DNA of 64,000 bases from Nitrospirota bacterium (lineage in GTDB: Bacteria; Nitrospirota; UBA9217). The DNA is taken from contig CAVVOB010000024.1 in the NCBI GenBank assembly GCA_963749655.1, positions 128,001-192,000 of the forward strand, given 5' to 3'. Both the position numbers and the translations under genes were made by a program. Each line of letters begins with the position of its first letter. Position 1 is the stretch's first letter. Of this stretch, positions 53,376-64,000 are shown piece by piece. The notes under the pieces are model-generated. The model saw only the letters and a list, made by a program, of their open reading frames with translations. It was not told the DNA's origin and made no database searches.

Positions 53376-54096
53376 GGCTCCTCCCCGTCAGCTTGAGATA
53401 GACGTCCTCCAGATTCCCGCCGTGAACGGACATGAGATGGACGGGCGAATCGATGGTCACGATCCTGCCCGAATCCATGATGGCCACGCGGTCGCAGAGC
53501 TTTTCCGCCTCTTCCATATAATGGGTCGTGAGCAAAAGGGTCGTGTTCTTCTTCTTGAGATGATTCAGCTTGTCCCAGACCGCCCGCCTGCTGTGGGGGT
53601 CAAGGCCCGTCGTGGGCTCGTCGAGGATCAGGATCTCGGGGTTGTTCAAGAGGGACCGGGCGAGCAGGAGCCGGTGCTTCATGCCGCCGGACAGCTGATC
53701 GATCTTCGCATCGGCCTTGTCCTGGAGCTCCACGAATTCAAGGAGCGTGCGGCCCAGGCGCAGCGAATTGTTCTTGCTGATGTCGAAGTACCGTCCGTAG
53801 ACGATGAGGTTCTCGATGACCGAGAGGTCGGGGTCCAGGTTGTTGTCCTGGGGCATGACGCCGAGGCGCGACTTGATCTCGCCGGGGTTCACCGTCACGT
53901 CCATGCCCAGGACCGAGACCGACCCCGCCGTGGGCGGCATGAAGCATGACAGGATGCGCATCACCGTGGTCTTGCCTGCGCCGTTCGGGCCGAGAAAACC
54001 GAAAAACTCCCCCTGCCTGATCGAAAAGGACACGCCGTCAAGCGCGCGGAGGCCATTGTAGTTTTTAATGAGTGACGTTGCGGTGATGATGTCCAT
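53365..54096 (-). CDS. ABC exporter ATP-binding protein (NodI-like)
   Basis: GPNGAGKTT, LSGGMK, LDEPTTGLDP, and TTHYMEEA. Confidence 0.93.
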   Translation of the reverse strand: MDIITATSLIKNYNGLRALDGVSFSIRQGEFFGFLGPNGAGKTTVMRILSCFMPPTAGSVSVLGMDVTVNPGEIKSRLGVMPQDNNLDPDLSVIENLIVYGRYFDISKNNSLRLGRTLLEFVELQDKADAKIDQLSGGMKHRLLLARSLLNNPEILILDEPTTGLDPHSRRAVWDKLNHLKKKNTTLLLTTHYMEEAEKLCDRVAIMDSGRIVTIDSPVHLMSVHGGNLEDVYLKLTGRSLAD

Positions 54097-54115
54097 AGAT
54101 CCTGAAAACGCAGGG

Positions 54116-54248
54116 AACCACAGATGAACACGGATGGACACTGATGAAAGGAAAAAACGGACGCGCAGGAAATAAAAATCCGCCTCCTGGCAATTCCGTT
54201 CGCGTCCTCAAACTTCTTATCCGTGTTTATCCGTGTTAATCCGTGGTT
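54116..54248. repeat. Inverted array of 10-nt-period CAC(A/G)GAT units (hairpin cassette)
   Basis: aaccacagatgaacacggatggacactgat...atccgtgtttatccgtgttaatccgtggtt. Confidence 0.75.
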
Positions 54249-54261
54249 ACGATGACCTGTT

Positions 54262-55161
54262 TTATGAGTCCAAAGTCACCCGGTTCCTGCCCTCCTGCTT
54301 GCTGCGATACATCAGTCCGTCTGCACGCTTTATGATCGAGTCGACCGTATCGCCGGCCCTGGCCAGCGTTGCTCCCAGGGAAATGGTCACGCGAAGCTCA
54401 GGCTCCAGGGGCAGACTCGACTGCTCGACGAGCGACCGGCACCGGTTGGCCGTGGATACGAGCTCGTCGCCCTCGACATTGGCGATGATGATGAGGTACT
54501 CCTCCCCGCCCCAGCGGCCGACGACATCGAAGGACCGCACGCAGTTCTGGAGCGTCCTCGCCACGGTCTTCAGCACCTCGTCCCCCTGGTCGTGGCCATA
54601 CCGGTCGTTTACATTCTTGAAGCGGTCGATATCGATGAAGAGGACCCCGAATTTCCAGCCGTAGCGCTCGAGTTCCTCGATGCGGGAGCGCAGGGTGATC
54701 TCCGCATAGCGCCGGTTCGCGAGCCCCGTCAGTGCGTCCACGTACGCCATGCGCTCGAGTTCCGCGAGCCGTTCAAGGGCCACTGCCTGCGGCGTCGTGT
54801 TCGTAAAGACTTCCACGCCGCCGATGATAGCGCCGCTCTCGTCACGGATCGGCGCCACCCGGATGGTTACCGGCACGCGGTGCCCGTTTTTGTGGTGCAG
54901 ATAGAGGTCGCTGGTCCTGACGCCGCCGTCGCAGATCGTATCTGCCAGGGGGCAGATGCCGGTGCAGAGGCTGCGCCCTTCCTCGTCCACATGAACGAGG
55001 ATGTTGTCTGAACAGAGCCTGCCGACGACTTCGTCGGCCGTATACCCGGTGATGCGCTCCGCTCCCTTGTTCCAGTAGGTGAGCCTGCGGTCCTGGTCCA
55101 CAAAATAGACGCCGTCATACAGATTGTCCAGGAGTGTCTTGTAAAAAGCATTGTTGATCAT
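54262..55161 (-). CDS. PAS-GGDEF diguanylate cyclase
   Basis: PAS (YWNKGAERITGY), DALTGLANRR, DIDRFKNVND.YGHDQGD, and RWGGEEY; RxxD I-site RSFD. Confidence 0.93.
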   Translation of the reverse strand: MINNAFYKTLLDNLYDGVYFVDQDRRLTYWNKGAERITGYTADEVVGRLCSDNILVHVDEEGRSLCTGICPLADTICDGGVRTSDLYLHHKNGHRVPVTIRVAPIRDESGAIIGGVEVFTNTTPQAVALERLAELERMAYVDALTGLANRRYAEITLRSRIEELERYGWKFGVLFIDIDRFKNVNDRYGHDQGDEVLKTVARTLQNCVRSFDVVGRWGGEEYLIIIANVEGDELVSTANRCRSLVEQSSLPLEPELRVTISLGATLARAGDTVDSIIKRADGLMYRSKQEGRNRVTLDS

Positions 55162-55183
55162 CAGGTCCTTACCAGCGGACAGG

Positions 55184-55459
55184 CTATTCCGGCGCATCGA
55201 GTCGTTTCTTTTCCGTGAGCGACTCCAGGCTTTTCAGGATTCCCCCGATCTTTTCCCGGAGGCGCAGCTTTACCGCCTGCAGCTGTTCAAGCTCCCCTGA
55301 TGCGTCCCCTTTGCGGGCGAGCTCCTGCTCGAGCTCGACGATACGGGCCTCGAGCGTCTTGTTCCGGTCCAGGAGAGCCTGGATGCGCCGTTCGATTACG
55401 GCGAAGCGCTCCTCAAAGCCGGTCACACTGCTGTCATCATCCGTTCTGGTCTGCACCAT
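55184..55459 (-). CDS. Small coiled-coil protein (ZapB-like)
   Basis: Heptad pattern F..IE.RI..L...N..L...I.ELE, ending LREKIGGILKSLE. Confidence 0.55.
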   Translation of the reverse strand: MVQTRTDDDSSVTGFEERFAVIERRIQALLDRNKTLEARIVELEQELARKGDASGELEQLQAVKLRLREKIGGILKSLESLTEKKRLDAPE

Positions 55460-55473
55460 GCTCTCCCGAGGCA

Positions 55474-57882
55474 TCAGGGGTTCTTCGCCTGCCGGTCGCT
55501 GTTCCCGGTCGTTGATGCGGCTCCGGGCCGCTGCGGGAACGGCTGCAGGTCGCCGGCGCCGCCGTAGATCCTTTTGTACTCTGCATAGTTCCGGAGCACC
55601 TTTTTTACGTACCCCCGGGTCTCCGCAAAGGGGATCCCTTCGACAAACACATCACGTTCGCTACCGTATCCGTATTTTTCGATCCAGAGCGATACAGCGT
55701 CCGGCCCGGCGTTGTACGCCGCGGCAACGAGCAGCGGATCGCCCTTGAAACGCTTCATGAGGTGGCTGATGTACCAGGTCCCGATGTTGATGCCCGTCTC
55801 GGAATCATACAATTTCCCGCGGTCGAAGCCCGCAAGCTTGATAAGCTGCGCAGCCCACTCTCCCGTGGCGGGCATGACCTGCATGAGCCCCCGCGCACCG
55901 GCAGGCGACTGGGCTGAAGCCGAAAACTGGCTCTCCTCGCGGATGATCGCGGCGATAAAGTACGGGTCCTGGCCGTATTTCCTTGAATAGAGCAGGATCG
56001 AGTCCCAGTACCCCTGGGGGTAAGCCAGGAGCCACAGATCCCCGGAGGCGCCCGATGCGGAACCTTCGAGATATCGTTCGTAATTCCTGAGCACCAGCTG
56101 AAGCGAGCGGTAGTAATCGCCGAGTTCGAAGAACGCTTTGGAGAGTCCGATAAGCATGCCGCGTTTTTTCGGCAGACGGTCCTGCAAGGCCCATAGCTCA
56201 CGGGCGGCCTCTTTCTTCATGTCAAGGTGCATGAGCTCCAGGGTTTTCGCAAAAGAAGGCACGGCAGACAGGACCTGCCTGGTCTCGTCGGTCCATACAG
56301 GCGGACCGATGTCGGTCTCGAAAGAAGCCAGGGGATCTTCCGGGCATGGCGTCTCCGTGCATGTCGACACGACCTCCGCATCGATTTCGACAGGGGCAAC
56401 AGCGTCCTTTGACTCGATGCGGGCCAGGCGCTCCGAAGCGCGATACCCGTAGTAGGTGTAAGGACTTTTCTTCCGTACCCTGCTGTAATACGAAACCGCC
56501 CGCCCGGCGGCTCCCCGTTTTTCGGCCGACCTTCCCTGCCAGTAGCGGGCCTGGGCCACGAGAAACGAACGGGGATAACGGTTGATGAGCTCCTGGAGGC
56601 CCTGTTCCGCCTTTGCATACTCTCCAGCCGTATAGAAGGACCACGCCTTCCACCAGAGGGCGCTGTCGGCATACTTGCTGTCCGGGTACTCCCTGACGAG
56701 GCGGCCGTAGGACTTGAGCGCCTTCTCCATGTCGCCTGTTTCGCGGTAGATGTTGCCCGTAAGGAAGAGCGCATCGTCTGCCCAATCGGACTCGGGAAAA
56801 CGGTCGAGGAGTTTCTGGAAGGTTGATGTCCCGCGCTCCCAGTCCGCAAGCTTGCTGTAGGATTTGCCGGCCCAGTACAGGGCTTCGGGCGTGCGCTGGT
56901 CCACCGGATAATCGCGCACCATCTTTTCCAGGATGACCGCCGCGTCTCCCCGTTTCCCCAGGAAAAAGCAGGCTACTCCCGCCCGCAGCATAACTTCGGG
57001 CCGGATCTGCGGCGATGGATTCTTTTGAAGGACCTTCGTGAAGACGTCGAGCGCCATGTCGTACTGACTCGACCGGAAAAGGTTCACACCGCGCTCGTAC
57101 AGATCGTCGATCGTGAGCTCGGGGATTTCTGCGCCTCCGCCCTTCAAGTCCGCCAAACCCTGCTCGATCTCGCGGTCCGTGAAACGGTCGGGATACCGGA
57201 CCCATACCGTACGGTAGGCGCGAACCGCGTCCGCTAGCCGCGCCTCGGCGGTGTAAGCGCGGGCGAGGCCGAGGCCGGCTGCCGGTGCAAACTCGCTCCG
57301 GGGATTGTCCTGGAAGAATTTTTCCAGGACGTCGACGGCCGGGCCGTAGGCATAGGAGTTGAGAAGGGCAAGTCCCGTGCGAAAGGACGATTCCGGGACG
57401 AGAAAGCTGTTCGGGTAGTGATCCGTCACCTGCTGATAGAGCGCCGCGGCCTGGCTGAACCGGCCGCCCGCGGCATGGTGATCCGCAAGCAGGAACAGGG
57501 CATAGTCCGCCACTTCCGGGTACGCTTCCCGAACCCGAAGCATGGCTGCTTCAGCCTCGGAAGACCGCGCCTGAAGGATCAGAGCTTCCTCCGTAACGAA
57601 AAGCGCCCGCTTGTACCAGACCGTATCAGGGAACTGTTCGATCACCTGGCGGGCGGCCGTGAGAGCGGCCTCGCCGTCGCTGCTCTTGAGAGCGTCCAGG
57701 GCGGATCTGAGCGCCTGATCAGGGTCTCCTGCAGCAGTGACAGCGACCCTGGCCTTAACGGCCGGTTTTGCAGAACGTGGGGGGACGACATCGGAAAGGT
57801 CGGGGCGATGGGACTGTCCGGAAGCACAGGCCGTTAACAGCAACAGCGCACAGGGCGGTATGATCCTCTTCAGAAAGGGCAT
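55474..57882 (-). CDS. TPR-containing soluble lytic transglycosylase lipoprotein (Slt-like)
   Basis: Lipobox LTAC, many TPRs, AIIREES, GARGLMQVMP, AAYNAG, and ETRGYV. Confidence 0.92.
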   Translation of the reverse strand: MPFLKRIIPPCALLLLTACASGQSHRPDLSDVVPPRSAKPAVKARVAVTAAGDPDQALRSALDALKSSDGEAALTAARQVIEQFPDTVWYKRALFVTEEALILQARSSEAEAAMLRVREAYPEVADYALFLLADHHAAGGRFSQAAALYQQVTDHYPNSFLVPESSFRTGLALLNSYAYGPAVDVLEKFFQDNPRSEFAPAAGLGLARAYTAEARLADAVRAYRTVWVRYPDRFTDREIEQGLADLKGGGAEIPELTIDDLYERGVNLFRSSQYDMALDVFTKVLQKNPSPQIRPEVMLRAGVACFFLGKRGDAAVILEKMVRDYPVDQRTPEALYWAGKSYSKLADWERGTSTFQKLLDRFPESDWADDALFLTGNIYRETGDMEKALKSYGRLVREYPDSKYADSALWWKAWSFYTAGEYAKAEQGLQELINRYPRSFLVAQARYWQGRSAEKRGAAGRAVSYYSRVRKKSPYTYYGYRASERLARIESKDAVAPVEIDAEVVSTCTETPCPEDPLASFETDIGPPVWTDETRQVLSAVPSFAKTLELMHLDMKKEAARELWALQDRLPKKRGMLIGLSKAFFELGDYYRSLQLVLRNYERYLEGSASGASGDLWLLAYPQGYWDSILLYSRKYGQDPYFIAAIIREESQFSASAQSPAGARGLMQVMPATGEWAAQLIKLAGFDRGKLYDSETGINIGTWYISHLMKRFKGDPLLVAAAYNAGPDAVSLWIEKYGYGSERDVFVEGIPFAETRGYVKKVLRNYAEYKRIYGGAGDLQPFPQRPGAASTTGNSDRQAKNP

Positions 57883-58007
57883 AGAGCTGATGTGCAGACG
57901 ATCCTCGCAAAAAGTATGATGACGCGCATGTTGGTCTATAATATAGTCCCCTGCAGTGCAAGTCAATAGAAGTTATGCGCGGCGAAAACGAGGGCTGAGG
58001 CGGGAAA

Positions 58008-58703
58008 TCAGGTGTTCCGGAGGAACCGCGGCAGCTGGTCCCTGGCGGTCTCGAGGCGAAGGAGGAACCGCTCCTCGGGCGCAGTGATGGAGTCGGCGTT
58101 CTCGGACCGGGGAACAGGAGGCGTATCAGGGCTGTAAACAAGCATATGAAAGGCGACCGAGGTGACGGGCTTGTCCGGAAGAGGCGGAGTCTCGAACTCG
58201 TTCACAAAATCGATCCACTGATCGGCCATCGCGATGTGCTTTGCCGTGATCCTGCTCCCGGAGATAGTCTGCGACCGTCTTCGCCGGTGAAGCGGATACG
58301 CCCGAACACACGTTCAGTTCGGGGAGCACGATGTGAGACCTGCCCTGATCATAGATCCTGCCCAGGGGAAAAAGACGGCAGGCAAGCGGCCGGCCTTCGT
58401 AGATGCGGCATCCCTTCCCGGTCCAAAAATGGCAGGCAGGATCGCGCGGCAGCATCACCAGCGGAAATCCCCTGTCCCGGCCGGTGTCGACGATATCAAG
58501 CAGGTCTTCGTAGCTCATTCTCGCGGCCCGGCAGATCAAGGGCGATCTCATAGGGGTTGAGGACCACGGGCGCGCTTTTCGTGCAGCAGTTGGACGTGCA
58601 GCCGTTGATGCCGCAGGAGAGCTGGACGGGATCGGTATCCGATGAGTACCTGCGCGGAAGCTCCGGCGACGTAAAGTATATTCGGGGATTTACCTGACGA
58701 CAT
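58008..58703 (-). CDS. YkgJ-family Cys-cluster (CxxxCxxCC) protein (several frameshifts)
   Basis: CGINGCTSNCC, LNPYEI, and CHF...GCRIYEGRPLACRLFPL across frames. Confidence 0.75.
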
Positions 58704-58723
58704 GATCACCATTATAAAACAAA

Positions 58724-58758
58724 GGGGACACGGATTCTATGCCAAAATCCGTGTCCCC
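58724..58758. repeat. Perfect 13-bp inverted repeat (REP-like element or terminator after secF)
   Basis: GGGGACACGGATT-N9-AATCCGTGTCCCC. Confidence 0.7.
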
Positions 58759-58822
58759 GTGACTTGTTTTCAGATTCAGAAGAGCTCCGCTGCGGGATTA
58801 CGAACCGCCGCGGAAGTTCCAT

Positions 58823-59729
58823 TTACTTCCCGATCAGCTTGCCGCCCGATCTCACATGCCAGACCACGAGAAGCGGGCTGGCCACGAAAATCGACGAGTA
58901 CGTCCCTACGATCACGCCCATGAGAAGGGCCAGCGAAAAGTCGTGGAGCACGTCGCCGCCGAACAGGACGAGCGGGACGAGCACCAGGACCACGGTGAGC
59001 GAGGTGATGATCGTCCGGGACAGCACTTCGTTGATGCTGTTGTTCACGACGCCGAAGAGCGGATCCTTTCTGTTGCGTCTTGAGGTTCTCGCGGATCCGG
59101 TCGAAGACGACGACCGTGTCGGTCAGCGAGTAGCCGGCAAGGGTCAGGAGCGCGGTGACGATGAGGAGGTTAATCTCCTTGTTCATGACGTAAAAGATAC
59201 CGAGCACGGCGAGGATATCGTGGACCGTCGCGATCGCCGCCGACACGCCGAACTTGAACTGAAAACGGAATGCGATGTAGACGATGATCGCGGCGATCGA
59301 AATCGTTATGGCCCAGAGCGCCTGGCCCTTGATGGCCTGTCCGATGACCGGTCCGATCTCGGTGATGCTCTCGACTTCAAAGGGATCTGCTGCGAACTCC
59401 TGCTTGAATACGGCCTGCACCTTGTCCGAAGTGCCCTCCGATTCCCGGAGCCGGATCAGGATGCTGTTTCCGTCCCCCACTTCCTGGATCGTCGATCCCT
59501 GAAAGCCGCTTTTTTCGAGCGCGGTCCTGGCCTGGTCGATGGGGATCTTGTTCTTGAACTTGAGCTGCACCGTCGTGCCGCCCACGAAATCGATGCCCAG
59601 GTTCGCCTTGCCGCGTCCGATCTGGACCAGGCTGACGATGCCGAGAACGATGAGCAGCCCCGAGACCGCAAAGGAGACGGTTTTCCATCCCATGAAGTCG
59701 ATGTTGGTTTTATGCAGAATTTGAAGCAT
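58823..59729 (-). CDS. secF: Protein translocase subunit SecF (frameshift near 59060)
   Basis: LGIDFVGG, IGPVIG, YIAFRF, HD, GYSLTDTVVVFDRIREN, SRTIITS, and GTYSSIFVA. Confidence 0.95.
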
Positions 59730-59750
59730 TGCTTTCCTCCCGTGCAAACA

Positions 59751-59826
59751 GTAAGTGAAGAGTCAGGAGTCAGGAGTCGGGAGTTTTTCGTATTTTCTCC
59801 CTTACTCCTCCCGCCTCACTCCTTAC
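59751..59826. repeat. Inverted array of 7-nt GAGTCAG/CTTACTC-type units
   Basis: gagtcaggagtcaggagtcgggag...ctcccttactcctcccgcctcactccttac; related units occur at about 32633-32655 and 61447-61532. Confidence 0.65.
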
Positions 59827-59830
59827 GGAT

Positions 59831-61402
59831 CTAAATGCTCAATTTCTCCAGCTTCCACTTCGTGTTGATGATGTCGAAGATCACCTTGGTACCGACCAGG
59901 GCGGAATAGAGGTTGATCATGATGCCGAGGCTGAGCGACACGGCAAATCCCTTGATGGGGCCCGTACCGAACATGAACAGCGCAGCGGCCGTAATGAGCG
60001 TCGTCACATGGGAGTCGAGGATCGTCAGGAACGCCTTGTCGTATCCCGAGTCGACGGCCGGCCGGGGAAGCTTGCCGGCGCGCACTTCTTCCCGGATGCG
60101 CTCGAACATGAGCACGTTGGAGTCCACGCCCATGCCGATCGTCAGGATGATGCCGGCGATGCCGGGCAGGGTAAGCGTGGCGTTCAGCAGGGCCATGGCC
60201 CCGAGGAGCAGGACGAGGTTCAGCACGATGGCGTAGTCTGCAATGACGCCCGACATCCGGTAGTAGACGACCATGAATACGATGACGAAAAGACCGCCGA
60301 CGAGCGCCGCATGGACGCCCTTGTCGATGGAATCCTGGCCGAGCGACGGGCCGACGGTGATGTTCTGGATGATCTTCATGGGAGCGGGAAGCGATTCGCG
60401 CAGCACGATCGCCAGTTTGGCAGCCTCGTCATGGGTGAAGTTGCCGGTGATCTGGGCGTTGCCGCCGCTGATCCGGTCCTGGATCCGGGGGGCGGAATAG
60501 ACGAGGCCGTCGAGCACGATCGCGAGCTGCTTGCCCACGTTGTCTCCCGTGATGCGGTCGAAGATCCGGGCGCCCTCGTTGTCGAAAGAGATGGACACGG
60601 CGGGCTTGTTGTACTGGTCGATCCCTACCTTGGCTTCCTTCAGGCGGTCGCCGGTCAGGAGCGTCTGCTTATACAGCAGGTACGGCCGCTTCACGATCTT
60701 GCCGGTCTCGTCCGTGTCCTCTCCGTAGAGTACCTCGCTGTCGGCGGGAACGTCGCCCGCCAGGGCCTTCTGAAGGTCGCCCACCGTGTTCAGCATCTTG
60801 AACTCGAGCCGTCCCGCGGTCTTGATGAACGTGATCGCTTCCTGCGGGTTCTTGATACCGGGCAGCTGCAGGGAGATCTGGTCGTTCTGCTGCTTATAGA
60901 TCTGCGGCTCGGCCACGCCGTACTTGTCGATCCTCCGGCGCGTACGCTCAAGGGCCTGGGTCACCGCCCACTCCTTGAGCCGCTTCACTTCGGCCGGCTT
61001 CATCGCGTACACGATTTCGCCCTTGGCCCTGTTCTTGATGTCGACGATCGCGTAGCTGTCCTTCACGAGCTTTTCGACCTTCTCGCTTTCGGCGTCGGAA
61101 GACTTCGCAACGATGTCCTGGCCCGTCCTGCTGAACGCAACCGGGATCTTCTGCTGCGAGGCGTTCGTCTGAAGATCGGCGACGATGTTGTCGATGGACG
61201 ACTCCACCGCCTTGTCCGTGTCCACCTGCATCACCAGGTGGCTGCCTCCCCTGAGGTCGAGGCCGAGCGATATTTTCGGCACGCTCCTGTGCCACCACCC
61301 GGGCAGGCTTTCCGAAATCGGTGTGGACGGCAACGAAAGGAACAGCGCTATCACGACCGAAAGGGCGATGAGCGCCACCCGCCACTGAATACTCTTTTTC
61401 AT
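59831..61402 (-). CDS. secD: Protein translocase subunit SecD
   Basis: [43 protein letters not shown], and GPIKGFA. Confidence 0.97.
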   Translation of the reverse strand: MKKSIQWRVALIALSVVIALFLSLPSTPISESLPGWWHRSVPKISLGLDLRGGSHLVMQVDTDKAVESSIDNIVADLQTNASQQKIPVAFSRTGQDIVAKSSDAESEKVEKLVKDSYAIVDIKNRAKGEIVYAMKPAEVKRLKEWAVTQALERTRRRIDKYGVAEPQIYKQQNDQISLQLPGIKNPQEAITFIKTAGRLEFKMLNTVGDLQKALAGDVPADSEVLYGEDTDETGKIVKRPYLLYKQTLLTGDRLKEAKVGIDQYNKPAVSISFDNEGARIFDRITGDNVGKQLAIVLDGLVYSAPRIQDRISGGNAQITGNFTHDEAAKLAIVLRESLPAPMKIIQNITVGPSLGQDSIDKGVHAALVGGLFVIVFMVVYYRMSGVIADYAIVLNLVLLLGAMALLNATLTLPGIAGIILTIGMGVDSNVLMFERIREEVRAGKLPRPAVDSGYDKAFLTILDSHVTTLITAAALFMFGTGPIKGFAVSLSLGIMINLYSALVGTKVIFDIINTKWKLEKLSI

Positions 61403-61526
61403 AACACATGCCTCCTGCTGGGATTCTAAATCTTCACAGTTGAACTGAGAGTAAGGATGTGAGGAGTCGGAGTCGAAGGATTGATTTCTCCGGAACCTTC
61501 GTCTTCTGCGGAAAACTCTTTACTTT

Positions 61527-61868
61527 TTACTCTTTCGGCTTGTCTTTCTGTTCCGTGATGACGTGGCCCACGGAGCCTCGGGTGATCTTGATCTTGACGC
61601 CCTCGGCGATCTTGACGGTCAGCGTCTCGGGCGTGGTGTTCTCCACCGTGCCGTAAATGCCGCCGCCGGTGACGATCTCGTCGCCCTTCTTGAGATCTTC
61701 CACCATCTTTTTGTGCTCCTTCATCTTCTTCTGCTGGGGACGGATCAGGATGAAGTAGAAGATGGCGAAAATAGCCACCATCATGATGAGGCTTGAGTAT
61801 CCGCCTCCTCCCTGTGTAGCCGCGTCGCCGCCGGGCGCCCCCATTGCATATGCTGTTGCGATGAACAT
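61527..61868 (-). CDS. yajC: Preprotein translocase subunit YajC
   Basis: FYFILIRPQQK and LKKGDEIVTGGGIYG. Confidence 0.96.
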   Translation of the reverse strand: MFIATAYAMGAPGGDAATQGGGGYSSLIMMVAIFAIFYFILIRPQQKKMKEHKKMVEDLKKGDEIVTGGGIYGTVENTTPETLTVKIAEGVKIKITRGSVGHVITEQKDKPKE

Positions 61869-61915
61869 GGTTCCCTCCTGAGAGATTATTTTCAAATATC
61901 AAAATGCAACTTCTG

Positions 61916-63034
<1,119 letters not shown>

Positions 63035-63037
63035 TTA

Positions 63038-63179
63038 GCCACGAATTGACACGAATTTTCACGAATTAAAATCTAAAAGAATTTATTAACGGTAAAACTC
63101 AAATCCGCAAGAACCAAGTAATTGCACTTATCTTCGGGCCCGTCTTTTCAATTCGTGTCAATTCGTGAAAATTCGTGGC
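63038..63179. repeat. Inverted array of 10-nt-period CACGAATT units (hairpin cassette)
   Basis: gccacgaattgacacgaattttcacgaatt...attcgtgtcaattcgtgaaaattcgtggc. Confidence 0.8.
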
Positions 63180-63192
63180 CAAAAACATTTTT

Positions 63193-64000
63193 TCACATCC
63201 GGTCCGGCGCATTCACCCCGAGGATCCTGAGCGCGCTCACGATCACCGTCTTGACCTGCTTCATGAGAAAAAGCTTCGCACCGGTCCTGGCAATGTCCTC
63301 GGTGATGACGCGGTGCTTGAAATAGTAGTTATGCAGCAGGCCGGCGAGGTCCTGGAGGTAAAAGGTCAGCCGGTGCGGTTCGTATGCCAGCGCCGCTTCT
63401 TCGACGACCTCGGGATACTTTGCCAGCGCCTTGATGATGTTCTGCTCTTCCTCGAGGTCGAGCAGGGCCGGATCCATGGTTTCGCGGGTCGGCACGGGTA
63501 TCGCTCTCGACTCAGCTTCCCGGAACAGGCTGGCCAGCCGGGCGTGTGCGTACTGGACATAGTAGACCGGGTTTTCCCGGGACTGCTCCTTGGCCACATC
63601 GAGATCGAAGTCGAGATGGCTGTCCGAACGGCGGGTCAGGAAAATATACCGCGCCGCGTCCGCGCCCACGTCCTGGACCACGTCCCGGAGCGTCACAAAG
63701 GTGCCCGCCCGCTTGGACATGGGCACCGGCTTCCCGTGCCGCAGGATCGCCACGAGCTGCACCAGAACGACATGAAGCGAATCTTTGGGATGTCCGAAGG
63801 CCTGGATCACCGCCTGAACGCGCGGGATATAGCCATGGTGGTCGGCGCCCCAGATATTGACGAGCGTTTTGAAGCCCCGGCCGAGCTTGTTCCGGTGATA
63901 GGCGATGTCCGTGGCAAGATAGGTGTAGCTCCCGTCCTTTTTCACCACCACCCGGTCCTTGTCGTCGCCGTAGGTCGTGGAGCGAAGCCAGAAAGCGCCT
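63193..64000 (-). CDS. argS: Arginine-tRNA ligase, 3' part (5' end outside the window)
   Basis: TY...[28 protein letters not shown], and LGV.APDRM. Confidence 0.97.
   Translation of the reverse strand, partial: GAFWLRSTTYGDDKDRVVVKKDGSYTYLATDIAYHRNKLGRGFKTLVNIWGADHHGYIPRVQAVIQAFGHPKDSLHVVLVQLVAILRHGKPVPMSKRAGTFVTLRDVVQDVGADAARYIFLTRRSDSHLDFDLDVAKEQSRENPVYYVQYAHARLASLFREAESRAIPVPTRETMDPALLDLEEEQNIIKALAKYPEVVEEAALAYEPHRLTFYLQDLAGLLHNYYFKHRVITEDIARTGAKLFLMKQVKTVIVSALRILGVNAPDRM

Noticed and set aside
52620-54096. Nodulation genes nodIJ
   Set aside because: This is a generic ABC-2 exporter family with no other nod genes.

Overview
Chromosomal segment of an anaerobic diderm bacterium; the gene content suggests Nitrospirota or Desulfobacterota (inference). 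Housekeeping blocks: yebC-ruvC-ruvA...ruvB, degP, bioA, yceD-rpmF-plsX-fabH...fabD-fabG-acpP-fabF-rnc, pntAB, and argS-tgt-yajC-secD-secF. Many single-base indels break even essential genes (mainly 31.4-37.2 kb and 58-59 kb), so most frameshifts are probably consensus errors. Main observations: (1) a hidden OmcE-type tetrahaem nanowire cytochrome, split by one extra base, lies upstream of NHL lipoprotein, PPIase and outer-membrane beta-barrel genes; the cytochrome and barrel genes share a sigma54 promoter plus TGAGC-N6-GCTCA enhancer architecture; (2) an adjacent, duplicated TMTC-like GT-C + GtrB-like GT2 + methyltransferase module is interleaved in the ruv operon and may glycosylate proteins; (3) an electron-bifurcating-type acyl-CoA dehydrogenase/EtfB/ferredoxin-EtfA trio sits between fabH and fabD, where an enoyl-ACP reductase often lies; (4) a NiCo-like riboswitch candidate with terminator/antiterminator precedes an orphan cooT; (5) ArsS probably reads a UGA as selenocysteine, with a SECIS-like hairpin; (6) several intergenic repeat/hairpin families occur. 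All identifications come from reading motifs by eye; no database searches were run.
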